Below, piece by piece: positions 46,461 to 64,000 of a stretch of DNA of 64,000 bases. A model generated the notes under the pieces. That model did no database searches. It had not been told where the DNA came from and worked only from the letters and a program-made list of their open reading frames with translations. The first letter of the stretch is position 1. Each line of letters starts with the position of its first letter. Made by a program: the position numbers and the translations under genes. This DNA comes from an uncultured bacterium. GTDB lineage: Bacteria > Acidobacteriota > HRBIN11 > JAKEFK01. The DNA is taken from positions 448,001 to 512,000 of the forward strand of contig CAVZQN010000008.1 in assembly GCA_963777505.1 (NCBI GenBank), in the 5' to 3' direction.

Positions 46461-48222
46461 CACGCATCTCCAATGGCCCAGAAGACCGACCATGGCGGCA
46501 GTCGTTCGGGCGCCTGTCCGCCCCAGATCGCTCGCCCGCGGAACGCCGCGTGACCGCGCGTCGTCGCTTGATCGGAGAGGTTTGCAACCAGCGCCAGCAA
46601 GGCATCGTCGCCAAGCCGCCATTGCGCGGTCAGGACGTTGGCTTGCTGGAATTCCGCATGGCCAAACGATGCGCCGGCGAGCCGTGGGACGACTTCGACC
46701 GGCGCACGGCGACGAGCGCCTTGACCAGACGGTGCCGTTCGCGGCCGGCGTCGTCGCGCTCCGCCCAGTTGAGCTTTGCGGCTTCGAACGTGGCTCGGCC
46801 AGCGGATCCGGCACCTCGTCGCCGAAGGTCTCGTAGGCTTCCGCGAACTCCCTGCGACGCCCCTGACGGATCGCTTCGGCAAGATCGCCGCCGAAGTCGC
46901 AGAAGAAGGGAAAGGGCGTCGGGCGCCCCATTCCTCGCCCATGAACAGCATCGGCGGCATCGGCGCGATCAGCGTGATCGCCAGCGCTGCTTCGATCGCA
47001 GCGGGATCGGCGGACCATTCCAGCCGGTCGCCGAGCGCGCGGTTGCCGATCTGGTCGTGGTTTTGCAGGAAGTTGACGAAAGCTCCGGGGGGCGAGAGAT
47101 TTCGGACCGGCTCGCCGCGCGTCTTGCCGTTCCGATGCGCGGACGCCTCGCCCTGATAGGCAAAGCCGTGCGCCAGCATGCGCGCGACCATCTTCTTCGG
47201 TTTGCGCGCGTAGTCCGTGTAGTAGCCGTGGGTTTCGCCGGTCAGCAGCACGTGCCAGGCGTGGTGATAGTCGTCGTTCCATTGCGCGCGATACCGGCCG
47301 GGCGACATTGGGGTCCGGATCGAGCAGCGATGCACGGTTGTCGTCGTTTTCAAGGACGAGATGGATGTGGCGGTCCGTCTTGCGCGCGACCGATCCGACC
47401 GCGTTGCTCAACTCTTCCAGCATCGTCAGTCCGCCCGGCTCATGGATCGCGTGGACGGCGTCGAGGCGCAGGCCGTCGAAACGATAGTTCTCGATCCAGT
47501 GCAGGGCGTTTTCGATCGCGAACGCCTTCACTTCCGGCACGGAGTAGTCGATCGCCGAACCCCAGGGCGTCGCCGCGCTGGTGAAGAAAGCGGCGCGTAG
47601 CGTCCAAGGTAGTTTCCCTCCGGGCCGAAGTGATTGTAGACGACGTCGAGAAAAACCATGATGTTGCGCGAGTGCGCCGCATCGATGAATTGCTTGAGTT
47701 CGTCCGGCGAGCCATAGGTGTGGTCGGGCGCATACCAGAGCACGCCGTCGTAACCCCAGTTCCAACGGCCGGGAAAATCGGCGATCGGCATCAGTTCGAT
47801 CGCCGTGATGCCGGTATCTGCGATGTGATCGAGCCTGTCGATCAGCCCGCGCCAGGTGCCTTCTGGCGAAAACGTGCCGACGTGGCATTCGAGCAGGACG
47901 GTTTCATGCCACGGCCGTCCGCGCCAATCCGTTGCGCGCCAGCGGTAGGCGGCGTGATCGACGATTTGGCTCGGTCCGTCGACGTCTGCAGGCTGGAATG
48001 CCGATGCCGGATCGGGAATTTCCAGCTCATTGTCGATCCGGAAACGATACAGCGCTCCGCTCGGCAGGCCTCGAACGCCAGCGGTGAACCAGCCGTCATC
48101 CGACCGCTTCATGACGTGGGGCGTTCCTTCGATCAGCGCTTCGGCCTTTTGCGCAGCCGGCGCCCACAGCGGAACGTCGCGCCGTCGGCGGTGAGTTCGG
48201 GACCGAAGCGGCGCGAGGTCAC
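46460..48222 (-). CDS. treZ: Malto-oligosyltrehalose trehalohydrolase, several frameshifts
   Basis: PDPASAFQP, HVGTFS, WGYDGVL, DVVYNHFGPEGNYL, FDGLRLDAVHAI, AQWNDD.HHA, QNHDQIGNRALGDRL. GTG start overlaps the glgX stop. Confidence 0.9.
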
Positions 48223-50288
48223 GGCACGCTCTCCAGCACGATGACGCTGCGCGGAGCAGCTTTCAGCTTTGCCCCTGGAGCATGCGATGTCGCGCAAACC
48301 GGATCTCGCGCAGTGTCCAGCAGAAGCTTCCAGCTGGAATTGTCCGCCAGCTTCGGCATGCTGAATTCGATTGGCTCCTGCGCCGCGTTCAACGCAATAT
48401 AGAGTGTAGGGCCGCTGCCGACGGGGCCGAGGGCGTAGGCCAGAAACCGGCCCTCGTGAAAATTCCAGTCAGCCTCGGTCATTTCGCTCGCCTGCGGCGT
48501 CAGCCACAACACGCCGAACGCGCCGTCGGATTTCTTGCCGCTGACCCAGTGACGCTGCGTCAATTGCGGGAAACGCTTGCGCAGCGTGGTGAGCCGACCG
48601 ACGAAGTCGGTCATGTCGTCGTCCGGCTTGCCGAGAGTGGACCAGTCGATCCAGCCGATCTCGTTATCCTGACAGTAGGCGTTGTTGTTGCCGGCCTGGC
48701 TGTTGCCGACCTCGTCGCCGGCAAGCAAGAGCGGGACGCCCTGCGCCAGCATCAGGCAGGCCAGCTGGTTCTTTCGCAGTTGCCGCCGCAGCGCGACGAT
48801 CGCGGCGTCGTCGGTCGGGCCTTCGTGGCCGCAGTTGGTGCCCAGATTGTCGTTGGAGCCATCGCGATTGTCCTCGCCATTGGCTTCGTTGTGCTTGGCG
48901 TCATACGCGTACAGGTCGGCCAGGGTGAAGCCGTCATGAACGGTGACGTGGTTGATGCTCGCACGTGGCGACCGGCTGTCGTGATCGAAGACGTCTGCGG
49001 AGCCGGTCATCCGGCGGCCCACGTCGCCGATCAGGTTGCCGTCGCCGCGCCAGTAGCGGCGCAAGGTCTGGCGATACCGGTCGTTCCATTCCGACCACTG
49101 CGAAGGAAAGCCGCCGACCTGATAGCCGCCAGCGCCAATGTCCCACGGCTCGGCGACCAGCTTGACGGTTGCGAGTACCGGGTCCTGCCGGACTGCGTCG
49201 AAGAACGAACTGTGCCGATCGTAGCCGTTTGGCCCGCGCGCGAGTGTCGTGGCAAGGTCGAAACGAAAGCCGTCGATCTGGAACATTTCCACCCAATAGC
49301 GCAGCGAATCCATCACCATCTGGAGAACACGGGTATTGGTGAGGTTCAGCGAATTTCCACAGCCGGTGAAGTCGTCGTAGTAGCGCCCGCTTCCCGGGGT
49401 GAGCCAGTAGTAGGATGCGTTGTCGATACCGCGAAACGAGAGGGTGGGACCAAGATGGTTGCCCTCGGCGGTGTGATTGTAGACGACGTCAAGCAGCACC
49501 TCGAAGCCGGCGTCATGCAGCCGCGCGATCGCGGTGCGAAATTCAGCCAGTGCGCCGTTCTGCGCGTAGCGCGGCTCCGGCGCGAAATACGCGATCGAGT
49601 TGTATCCCCAGTAGTTCGTCAGCTTGCGCTCGACCAGTTGCCGATCGTCGACAAATCCATGCACCGGCAGGAGTTCGATCGTGGTGACGCCGAGGCGCTT
49701 GTAGTGATCGATCATGGCCGGTGCGGCGAGCGCCCGGTAGCCGCCCTGCAACGCGGGCGGAACGTCCGGGTGCGTCTTCGTCAGGCCTTTGACATGGGCC
49801 TCATAGATGATCGTCTCTTCCCACGGGATGCGCGGACGCGGCTCTCGGCGGCCAGATGAAGGTTTCATCGACGACGACTGCCTTGGGCATGCCGCGCGCG
49901 TTGTCGCGCCGGTCGAACGAGAGGTCCTCGCGGGGGCTGCCGGTGCGATAGCCGAAATGCGCATCGCTCCAGACCAGCCGGCCGGCCAGCCGCTTGGCGT
50001 AAGGGTCGAGCAGCAGTTTGTTGGCGTTGAACCTGTGACCCTTCTCGGGATCATACGGCCCGTGCACGCGATAGCCGTAGAGTTGGCCCGGCGTCACGTC
50101 GGCGAAGTATCCGTGCCAGACATCCTCGGTCCGTTCGGGCAACGTCACGCGGTCGATCTCGCGGCGGCCCTGACCGTCGAAAAGGCAAAGCTCGACCTTC
50201 TCCGCGTGCGCAGAGAACAGTGCGAAGTTTGTTCCGCGGCCATCCCATGCCGCCCCGAGCGGGGTCGGTGATCCCTCCGAAAGCCGCA

Positions 50289-50289
<1 letters not shown>
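48219..50289 (-). CDS. glgX: Glycogen debranching enzyme, frameshift near 49850
   Basis: [71 protein letters not shown]. Confidence 0.92.
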
Positions 50290-55733
<5,444 letters not shown>

Positions 55734-57712
55734 TCAAGCGATGCAGCGGAACAGCAGCGCCGGATCGCGCAGCGGATCGATGCGAAGGTGGACGCCGCCC
55801 CATTCGATCGGACGGCGCTCGCTGGTGATCAGGTTCTCGAGCGCCAATGGCGGGCGACGGCCGTCCGCCGTCTCGGTCTCGATCCCGGCCAGCGGCAGCC
55901 AGAATTCCTGCACGTCGCGCGACAGCGCGATCGCCACGACGACGATGTTGTCGGCCTTCGCATCCTGCTTGGCGAAAGCGATGACGTCGCCGTTCTCGAC
56001 CGGCAGAAAACGCAGGTTGCGCGTCTGCAGCAGCGCGGGGTTGGTCGCGACGCGCCTGGTTCAAGTGCGGTGATGTACGGCTTGATGTTGCCGGGCTTGT
56101 TCCAGTCCCGCGTCTTGATCTCGTACTTCTCGGAATTCGAGATACTCTTCGCGGCCGGGAATCGGCTGGTGCTCGAGCAGTTCGAAGCCGTTGTAGATGC
56201 CGTAGTTGCTCGACAGCGTCGCGGCGAGCGCGAGGCGCGACTTGAACATCCACGGCTCGCCGCCCTGCAGGTGCCAGGGAAGGATATCCGGCGTGCTGAC
56301 GAAGAAATTCGGCCGGTAGTAGTCGCGCTCGGGATAGCCGGTCAGTTCGTTCAGGTACGCTTCGATCTCCCACTTCTGGGTTCGCCAGGTGAAGTAGGTG
56401 TACGACTGCGTGAAGCCGAGCTTCGCCAGGCCCTTCATCAGCTTCGGCCGCGTGAAGGCTTCGGCGAGGAAGATCACGCCGGGATCGCGCGACTGCACCT
56501 CGTGAATCAGCCACTCCCAGAAATTGAACGGCTTGGTGTGCGGGTTGTCGATGCGGAAGATGCGCACGCCCGTGATCGACCCAGAACAGGATGACGTCGC
56601 GCAACGCATTCCAGAGCGAGCCGGCGTCGTCGCAGCTGAAATCGGGATTGACGATGTCCTCGTACTTCTTCGGCGGGTTCTCCGCATAGCGCATCGAACC
56701 GTCGGGGCGGCGCTTGAACCACTCCGGATGCTCGCGCAGCCAGGGATGATCGGGCGAGCATTGCACGGCGACGTCGAGCGCGATTTCCAATCTGGTGCTG
56801 CTTGCAGGCTTCGACCAGTGCGCGGAAATCGTCGAGCGTGCCGAGTTCGGGATGCACGGCGGTGTGGCCGCCTGCTGCCGATCCGATCGCATAGAAGCTG
56901 CCGGGATCGCCGGGCGCGGCCTTGAGCGCGTTGTTGCGGCCCTTGCGGTTGGTGATGCCGATCGGATGGATCGGCGTGAAATAGAGGACGTCGAAGCCCA
57001 TGGCCGCGATGTCCGGCAGGCGGTCGATGCAGTCGCGGAATGTGCCGTGCTTGCCGGGGTCGCGCTCTGGCTGCGCGGCACCATTTCGTACCAGGCGGAG
57101 GCGACCGCGCGATCGCGGTCGATCACCAGCGGAAACAGCCGCGACCGGGTCAGGTCCGGCCGCTCCTGGCTCGATGTCAGGGCAGCGGCGAGGTCATCGG
57201 TCAGCAGCGCCTCGACGTTTCCGCTTTGCGAGGTAGCTGTCGAGCTGCTGGCGGATGAACCGCGACGTACCTTCGTCGGCATGGATCGGCAGCGCCAGCA
57301 GCGCGGCGCCTTCCAGTGCGTCGAGGCTGACATCCTGACCGGCCTTCGCCTTGAGTTCGAACCCGTGCTTCCAGGTTGCGAAGGTATCGGTCCAGGCTTC
57401 GATCGCGTACTCGTAGCGGCCGGGCTCGGCAGGGGTGAAGCGCGCGATCCAGCGGTCGTTGTCATTGAGCGTCATCGGCATCCGCAGCCACTGCGAGGCT
57501 TTCTCCTTGCGCCAGACGAGTTGGGCCGCCACCACGTCGTGGCCGCTGCGGTAGATGTCGGCCCAGACCTCGATCGCCTCGCCCGCGACCCGTTTGACCG
57601 GATACCGCCCGCATTCGATGGAAGGGTAGACGTCCTCAATGTGGAAGGCGCCTGCGGTTGCGCCGCGTTCGCCAGGCCGCAAGGCCAAATTCTTCTGTGC
57701 TGACACAGACAT
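55734..57712 (-). CDS. glgE: Alpha-1,4-glucan:maltose-1-phosphate maltosyltransferase, several frameshifts
   Basis: [73 protein letters not shown]. Confidence 0.92.
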
Positions 57713-57743
57713 GGACGCTGCCTACGGTGATCTTCCCCGCCAT

Positions 57744-57800
57744 AACAAGGCACGCCGGCAGCAAAAGTTCCAATGGAACAAACGCCGTGTGGATCACGTT
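57744..57800. promoter_or_regulatory. Back-to-back EcfG/SigT-type general stress promoters
   Basis: Plus strand GGAAC (57775), N17, CGTT toward malQ. Minus strand GGAAC (57771-57767), longer spacer, TGTT toward glgE. Confidence 0.65.
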
Positions 57801-57873
57801 GAAACTGCTCTGCCAACCATTTTGCCGACAGCGGCCAGCTGCTTCGGCCGCAGCGATATGCCGGGATCACCAA

Positions 57874-59808
57874 TTGGACATTCAAGCCGAAGCGCACGCA
57901 GCCGGTGTCCTGACTGAGTACCACGATGCGCGCGGTCATCATCGGCAGGTGCCGGTCGAGGTGCTTGCACGCGTCATCGCGGCGCTGCCGCGGGCCCGAT
58001 GCGGCGGCGCCGATCGTTCTTCGTACCGATCGCGACGATGCGAATTTCTCGCTGGAGTCTTGGCGCCGCACGCGCGATGGCGGTTTCTGGAAGGACGATC
58101 GTTGCATGGTCGCAGGAGGGCGCGGCTCCCATCCGCGGACTGCAGCTCCGGATCGGCGTCTATCGTCTGGAGATCGACCGGAATGACGCGCCGCGCGTGC
58201 CCGAACGATCGTCGTTGCACCGGCAACGGCCTTTCAGGGCGAATTCGACCGGGTCTGGGTGCTGGCCGTCCAGCTTTACAGCCTTCGTTCGGACAGCAAC
58301 TGGGGCATCGGCGATTTCAGCTGACCTGAAACGGCTGATCGAGGTTGTACGTTACCGCTCGGCTGCGCCGGGATCGGGCTCAATCCGCTGCATGCGTTGT
58401 TCGACGACGAGCCGGCGAATTGCAGTCCGTACGCTCCGAACAGCCGGCTGTTCCTCAATCCGGTCTATATCGACGTCGCGGCCATCCCGGAGTTTGCCGG
58501 CGCCGATCGCGAACTGCGCGAGAGCGTCGATCGGGAAAAAGAGCGTGAACTCATCGACTACGAGGTGGTCTGGCGCAGCAAGCTTCGGGCGCTGCGGCAC
58601 GCCTTCGAGAATTTCAAGGCGCACGGTTCGAGCAGAAGGTCCGAGGCGTTCGAAGCCTTTCGGCGGGAGCGTGGTTCTCTGCTCATGCGCTTCTCCTGCT
58701 TCGAAACCCTTCGCAAGCAGTTCAGAAGGCCATGGTGGGAATGGCCGCAGCAGTACCGTCAGCCGGACGATGCTGTCATTCGAAGAGTGCCGATCAGGCG
58801 ACCTTCGCGCGGATATGGAGTTTGTTGAGTACCTGCAGTGGAACGCGCATACGCAATTGCAGGCGTGCACTGATCTCGCCGCAGAAGGCGGAATGAAGGT
58901 CGGACTCTATCTCGATGTCGCCGTAGGGGTGCGCGCCGACGGCTTCGATGCCTGGCTCGAACAGAACGCAATCTCGCGCGAGCTTTCGGTCGGCGCGCCG
59001 CCCGATCTGCTCAACGTCGCAGGGCAGGATTGGGGGCTGTCGGGGTTTAACGGCTCGGGACTTTCCGCGCGGCGTTTTGAGCCCTTTCGCGCCATGATCG
59101 CAGCATCCGCACGATACGCCGGAGCCATTCGCCTGGACCATGTTCTCGGTCTCGGCCGGCTTTATCTCGTGCCGTCGGGATTTTCACCGAAGGACGGCGC
59201 CTACGTCCAGATGCCGCTGGACGCGCTGCTGGGCGTCACCGCTCTGGAAAGCCGGTCGAGCCGCTGCATCATCGTGGGCGAGGATCTGGGCACCGTTCCG
59301 GATGGCTTCCGCGAAAAACTGAGTGAGTGGGGCATCTGGTCCTACAAGGTCATGATGTTCGAGCGGGAATGGGACGGCGCTTTCAAGTCCGCCGGATCAG
59401 TATCCGCCGCAATCACTCGTGACGTTCAACACACATGATTTGCCGCCCTATGCGGGGTGGCGCGACGGTCACGATCTCCGCGTCAAACGCGAAATCGGCG
59501 TCGATCCCGGCGAAAGCGATGACGAGCGCCGCCAGGCTATCGGCGCCCTCGCGGCAGCGCTGTCGAAAGGCGGGCTTGAGGGTCGCGACTTCCCGGCCGT
59601 TGTCGAGTCTTTGGGACGGGCAGGGTCGCGCATACTGTCCGTATCACTCGACGACATTGTCGGCGTTGTAGAGCAGATCAACGTTCCCGGCACAGTCGAT
59701 ATCCACCCGAACTGGCGGCGCCGGTTGGACAAGCCAATCGCGAGCCTCGATGCGCTTGCGCGTTTGGGCCAGGTCGCCGTGGTGTTGCAACGCAGGAAGG
59801 GTGCTTGA
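57874..59808 (+). CDS. malQ: 4-alpha-glucanotransferase (GH77), several frameshifts
   Basis: QLY..RS..NWGIGDF, NCSPYAPNSRLFLNP, GLYLDVAVG, VGAPPD..GQDWG, IRLDHVLGL, GEDLGTVP, THDLP, NVPGT..HPNWRRRL; TTG start inferred. Confidence 0.9.
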
Positions 59809-59833
59809 GGCGCAAACGACCGCAAGCGCCCGT

Positions 59834-59983
59834 TTACCGTGACGGTTTTGCGATCCGCTTTGCCAACGTCGCCACCAAAGAGACCATCCCCGCAAGACCG
59901 AGCGCCCCGACAAGCCACTTCCAGCGGCTCGCTGGCGGCGGGTCGTCGATACCAGGGCGGTATTTGATTGGTTTTCGAAGCAT
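59834..59983 (-). CDS. 49-aa single-TM small protein
   Basis: MLRKPIKYRPGIDDPPPASRWKWLVGALGLAGMVSLVATLAKRIAKPSR; SD GGAGGGG; upstream GGAAC-N16-GATT. Confidence 0.5.
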   Translation of the reverse strand: MLRKPIKYRPGIDDPPPASRWKWLVGALGLAGMVSLVATLAKRIAKPSR

Positions 59984-60177
59984 GATCCCCTCCATGAGGG
60001 GCAATCGTCGATACCTCATTGTGTTCCACAGCTGAGGGAAATGTTTGGCGCTGCTTCGGGTGGTCTCGGCCAGCCGCGGCTGTGCCAATGCGCGCGTACG
60101 GAAAAACTCGTACGCCTGACAAGGGAGCTGGGTGCTATCCAAATGATTATTCGCCCGTCAAAACTGGAGGGTTGAAC

Positions 60178-60242
60178 ATGTCATTCGGGCTAATCGGAAT
60201 TCCATTGCCGATCATCTGCTGCTGGCGCTGTTCGGGAACTAG
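60178..60242 (+). CDS. Probable ~21-aa hydrophobic microprotein (needs one base added)
   Basis: SD GGAGG; reads MSFGLIGIPLPII and, with one added C, LLLALFGN then TAG. Confidence 0.4.
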
Positions 60243-60363
60243 ATCCTGCGTCTCGCGGTCACGCCTGAGTTCAAGCGGATGGATCGCCGCGAATTGAGAT
60301 TTGCGCACCCCGTCAGCAATCACGGGGTACTTCACGTTGGGGCTTGCTTGAAACCTTGAAAGG

Positions 60364-62637
60364 CTACTGCCGCGCCAGCTCGATCGCCACGTCGGCCTTG
60401 GCCGTCTCCTTCCGCTCCGCCGACTTCTGCGCCGGCAGGTCGATGACGAGTTCGTGGAGCTTGCCCTGGAAGGCGAACGCGCCCGTGTAATCGTCGCTGA
60501 CGCCGATGTGGTCGTCGCGGCCGACATAGAGGTTGCCGCCGGAGTGCCGGCGGATCAGGAACGCGATGTCGACACCCGGGCCGCACGGCTTGCCGTCGAT
60601 GAGCACGGTGCCGCGGCCGACGCGGCCGATGCGTTCGATGGTGAAGCCGACGTTGAGCTTGCCGGTTGCCAGGGGCTTTTCCGACACCGACTTCAGGTGC
60701 TGGCCGAACAGGTTGTAGTCGAACACCAGCCGGTTCTTGTGCACATAGAGCGTGAAGCCGCTGCGGTGGTCGCCATAGGCGAACAGGCAGCCTTCCTGCT
60801 CGGTCGATGCGCGTTCGATCGCGGCCGACACGATCAGCGTGCGGTTGCCGAGCTGCGGCGCCGTCGACAGGCGGATTTCCTCGAACGGCGGCGTGTAGAC
60901 ATAGCGCTTACGGCTGCGCGGGTCGCTCCAGCCGCCGGCCGGACGCCAGAGTTCGGCGCGGCGGTCGTCGAGCGGCAGCACGCCGTTGCGGCCGGCCTCG
61001 ATCCACCACAGGTCGATCATCTCGCGCAGTTTCTCGGGGTGCTTCTCGGCGAGGTCGTGACACTCCGAGAAGTCGGTGTCGACGTGATAGAGTTCCCAGT
61101 CGTCGTTATCGAACGAGGTGTCCGGCTCATGGTAGGTCACGGCCTTCCAGCCGTTGGCCCAGATGCCGCGGTGACCGAACATCTCGAAATACTGCACCTG
61201 CTTGCGCGTCGGCGTCGACGCGGCCTCCGGCGCAAAGGCGTAGAACAGGCTGGTGCCGTGCACCGGCATCTGCGGATGACCGTTGACGATGTCCGGACGC
61301 GACGTGCCGACCGCCTCGAAGATGGTCGGCGCAATGTCGGTGACGTGGTGGAACTGGTGGCGGATGCCGCCCTTGTCGCTGATGCCGGCCGGCCAGTGCG
61401 CGATCAGCGGATCGCGGATGCCGCCACCATGGGTGTTCTGCTTGTAGCGCTTGTTCGGTGTGTTGCCGACCGCAGCCCAGCCCCAGGGATAGTTGTTGAA
61501 GCCTTCCGGCGTGCCGATCTGGTCGATGCGTGCGATCGACTCTTCGATCGGCTCCGGCCGGCCGTTGAAATAGCGCGAGTAGTCGACCATGCCGGACGCG
61601 CCGCCTTCCTGGCTGGCGCCGTTGTCGGACATCAGCAGGAACAGCGTGTTGTCGAGTTCGCCACGGGCGGCGAGGTCATCCATCAGCCGGCCGATCTGCG
61701 CGTCGGTGTGTTCGAGGAAGCCGGCGAAAGCCTCCTGCAGGCGCAGCGCCAGCGTGCGTTCATCCGGCGTGAGTTCGATCCAGGCCTTCACGCCCGGATT
61801 GCGCGGCGCAAGGTCAGTATCCGGCGGGATGATGCCAAGCTGCTTCTGCCGCTCGTACCACTCCTTCCGCACCACATCCCAGCCGGCGTCGAACTTGCCG
61901 CGGTACTTGTCGATGTATTTCTTCGGCGCCTGATGCGGCGCATGCGTCGCGCCGAACGCGACGTAGAGGAAGAACGGCTTTTCCGGCACGGATGCCTTCT
62001 GCGCGTGCACCATGCCGATCGCCTGATCGATCAGGTCTTCGCTGAGGTGATAACCCTCATCAGGCGTCTTCGGCGGCTGCACCGGATGATTGTCGCAGGT
62101 CAGATCCGGACGCCACTGGTCGGTCTCGCCTTCGAGGAAGCCGTAGTAGCGGTCGAAGCCGCGTGCGAGCGGCCACTGGTCGAACGGGCCGGCCGGCGAT
62201 GTCTGCTCCATCGGGGTGAGGTGCCACTTGCCGACGGCGAAGGTGGAGTAGCCGCCCGGCCGCAGCACTTCGGCAATCGTCGCCGCGCTCTTCGTCACGG
62301 TGCCGGTGCAGTTCGGATAGCCCGTGCTCCAGTTGGCGAGCCCGCGCATGCCGACCGAATGGTGATTGCAGCCGGTCATCAGCGCGGCGCGGGTCGGTGA
62401 GCAGAGCGCGGTGGTGTGGAAATTGGTGAAGCGCAGTCCGTTCGCCGCCAGGCGGTCGATGTTCGGCGTCGAGATCGACGAGCCGTAACAGCCGAGATGC
62501 GCAAAGCCCATGTCGTCGAACAGGACCACCACCACATTCGGCGCGCCCTTGCGCGGCCGCGGCAGGTCCGGCCAGTGCGGCGTGCTCTCGTGGACGGTGC
62601 GGCCGATCTTGCCCTGAAAGCGGGACGTCGATGCCAT
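60364..62637 (-). CDS. Cytoplasmic arylsulfatase (Cys type) with a C-terminal beta-sandwich extension
   Basis: PNVVVVLFDDMG, LCSPTRAALMTG, VGKWHL, ATHAPH, SDNGAS; intact 757-aa ORF with SD GGGAGG. Confidence 0.93.
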   Translation of the reverse strand: MASTSRFQGKIGRTVHESTPHWPDLPRPRKGAPNVVVVLFDDMGFAHLGCYGSSISTPNIDRLAANGLRFTNFHTTALCSPTRAALMTGCNHHSVGMRGLANWSTGYPNCTGTVTKSAATIAEVLRPGGYSTFAVGKWHLTPMEQTSPAGPFDQWPLARGFDRYYGFLEGETDQWRPDLTCDNHPVQPPKTPDEGYHLSEDLIDQAIGMVHAQKASVPEKPFFLYVAFGATHAPHQAPKKYIDKYRGKFDAGWDVVRKEWYERQKQLGIIPPDTDLAPRNPGVKAWIELTPDERTLALRLQEAFAGFLEHTDAQIGRLMDDLAARGELDNTLFLLMSDNGASQEGGASGMVDYSRYFNGRPEPIEESIARIDQIGTPEGFNNYPWGWAAVGNTPNKRYKQNTHGGGIRDPLIAHWPAGISDKGGIRHQFHHVTDIAPTIFEAVGTSRPDIVNGHPQMPVHGTSLFYAFAPEAASTPTRKQVQYFEMFGHRGIWANGWKAVTYHEPDTSFDNDDWELYHVDTDFSECHDLAEKHPEKLREMIDLWWIEAGRNGVLPLDDRRAELWRPAGGWSDPRSRKRYVYTPPFEEIRLSTAPQLGNRTLIVSAAIERASTEQEGCLFAYGDHRSGFTLYVHKNRLVFDYNLFGQHLKSVSEKPLATGKLNVGFTIERIGRVGRGTVLIDGKPCGPGVDIAFLIRRHSGGNLYVGRDDHIGVSDDYTGAFAFQGKLHELVIDLPAQKSAERKETAKADVAIELARQ

Positions 62638-63011
62638 GATGCCTCCCTGAAGTCTTTGTTCTTAGCCTTTTTGCCCGTCCCGGCGAGCGGGCACCGGGCC
62701 TTTGAAGGATATTGCACAGGCATATGCAGAAAGAAAGCCGGCAGCAAACGACCCGCGGGCTTTGGACTGTCCAAAACCGGCTGATGCTCGTCCAGCTCGA
62801 TGTTGCCGTCGGTCGCGACCGCTTTCCAGAGGTCATATTCGGACTTCACCCCGGCGCCGTAACCCATGGGCGAACGGAAGGTAACGATGTGCACTAATTG
62901 ATTGGTGCGCCATGATTTTTTCGGCGCGGTATCGATGCAGGGTTCTCGCTCCCGTATAGTCCCGCCTTCCGGCCCCCAAGGTGCGGCCGAAGCGGGCGGG
63001 AGATTTGCGCG

Positions 63012-64000
63012 GTGCATTTCAGGATTTTACTCACCCACACCCCGCAGTCGCGGCGGCAATATTACGGCGAGCGGGCGTTGCGCGGACTGCAGCGGCTGGG
63101 TGAGGTGTCTTTGCACGAGGCCGATGATGCGCTCGACGTCGCCGGTCTGGTTCGTGCCGCGCGCGATGCCGACGTGATCGTCGCCGATCGATTGACGGCG
63201 GGACCTGCGGAAGTCTTCGCGCAATTGCCGAAACTCCGCGCCTTCGTCCGCTGCGCGGTCGACATCCGCAACGTCGATGTCGAGGCTGCGTCCGCCGCCG
63301 GCGTGCTGGTGACCCGCGCGGGGCCCGGGTTCACGCAGTCGGTCGCCGAACTCGCGCTCGGATTCATGATCGATCTGTCGCGCGGCATTTCGCGCGCAAC
63401 CGCTGGATTATCGTGCCGGGCGTGCGCCCGACGTCATGATGGGACGGCAACTGTCGGGCTCGAGCGTCGGCATCATCGGTTACGGCAGCATCGGGCGATA
63501 TCTCGCGAGCATCGTTCAGCCGCTCGGAATGACGGTGCTGGTCACCGATCCGTTCGCCAAGGTCGACGAGTCCGGATATCCGGCACGTGCCGCTCGACGA
63601 ACTGCTGCGGCGGGCCGACTACGTGATCTGCCTGGTCGTGGCCAACAAGGACACGGAAAACCTGATCGGCGCCGCGCAGTTTGCATCGATGCAGCCGCAC
63701 GCCGTCTTCATCAACCTGTCCCGCGGCGAACTGGTCGACGAGGCGGCGCTTGCCGCAGCCTTGCGCGACAGGCGTATTGCCGGCGCCGCCATGGATGTCG
63801 GCCGCGCGCGCGACCAGATGCCGAGCGCGGAGCTGGCGCGCATGCCGAACGTGATCGCGACGCCGCATATCGGCGGCCTGACGCCGCCGGCGATCGAGTA
63901 TCAGGCGCTCGAGACGGTGCGGCAGGTGGCGGCGATCATCCAGGGCGAGGCGCCGGCTGGCGCCGTCAACGCGGAACGCTGGACGCGGCGAGCCGGTCCC
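63012..64000 (+). CDS. D-isomer-specific 2-hydroxyacid dehydrogenase, frameshifted, runs off the window end
   Basis: AVDIRNVDVEAASAAGVLVT, SVAELALG, GIIGYGSIG, FINLSRGELVDE, AGAAMDV, TPHIGG across frames. Confidence 0.88.

Noticed and set aside
62640-63010. Possible small gene between the sulfatase and the dehydrogenase
   Set aside because: No convincing start, SD or recognisable motif in any frame, although indels could hide one.

Overview
The window looks like two unrelated genomes joined at about position 42,180. The left part (1 to ~42,180) is lower in GC (sampled lines 40-45%) and is probably Acidobacteriota-like, because it carries an ADOP-type duplicated permease. It encodes an MltF-like transglycosylase, a PerR/Fur-katG pair, an M23 peptidase, a secreted VHL-beta/FG-GAP/ASPIC protein, a cytokinin-dehydrogenase-like oxidase with an SRPBCC partner, two tRNA-Ser genes, several peptidases, a DUF6788-like/J-domain fusion, a stress cluster (NarL regulator, CBS-CsbD, BON, HemQ), a TPR-solenoid Ser/Thr kinase, two LigD-type NHEJ ligases without Ku, and a truncated gltX. 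Its intergenic regions hold several families of short repeats, and several genes show leaderless promoter geometry. The right part (~42,180 to 64,000) is GC-rich (sampled line 65%) and looks alphaproteobacterial. It holds a glycogen/trehalose cluster (truncated glgP, treY, treZ, glgX, glgB, treS-Mak, glgE, divergent malQ) with EcfG-type promoters, two probable microproteins, an arylsulfatase and a 2-hydroxyacid dehydrogenase. Many genes are split by single-base indels, which are most likely long-read sequencing errors. I found no CRISPR array, integrase or transposase. All family assignments come from motif recognition by eye, not from database searches.
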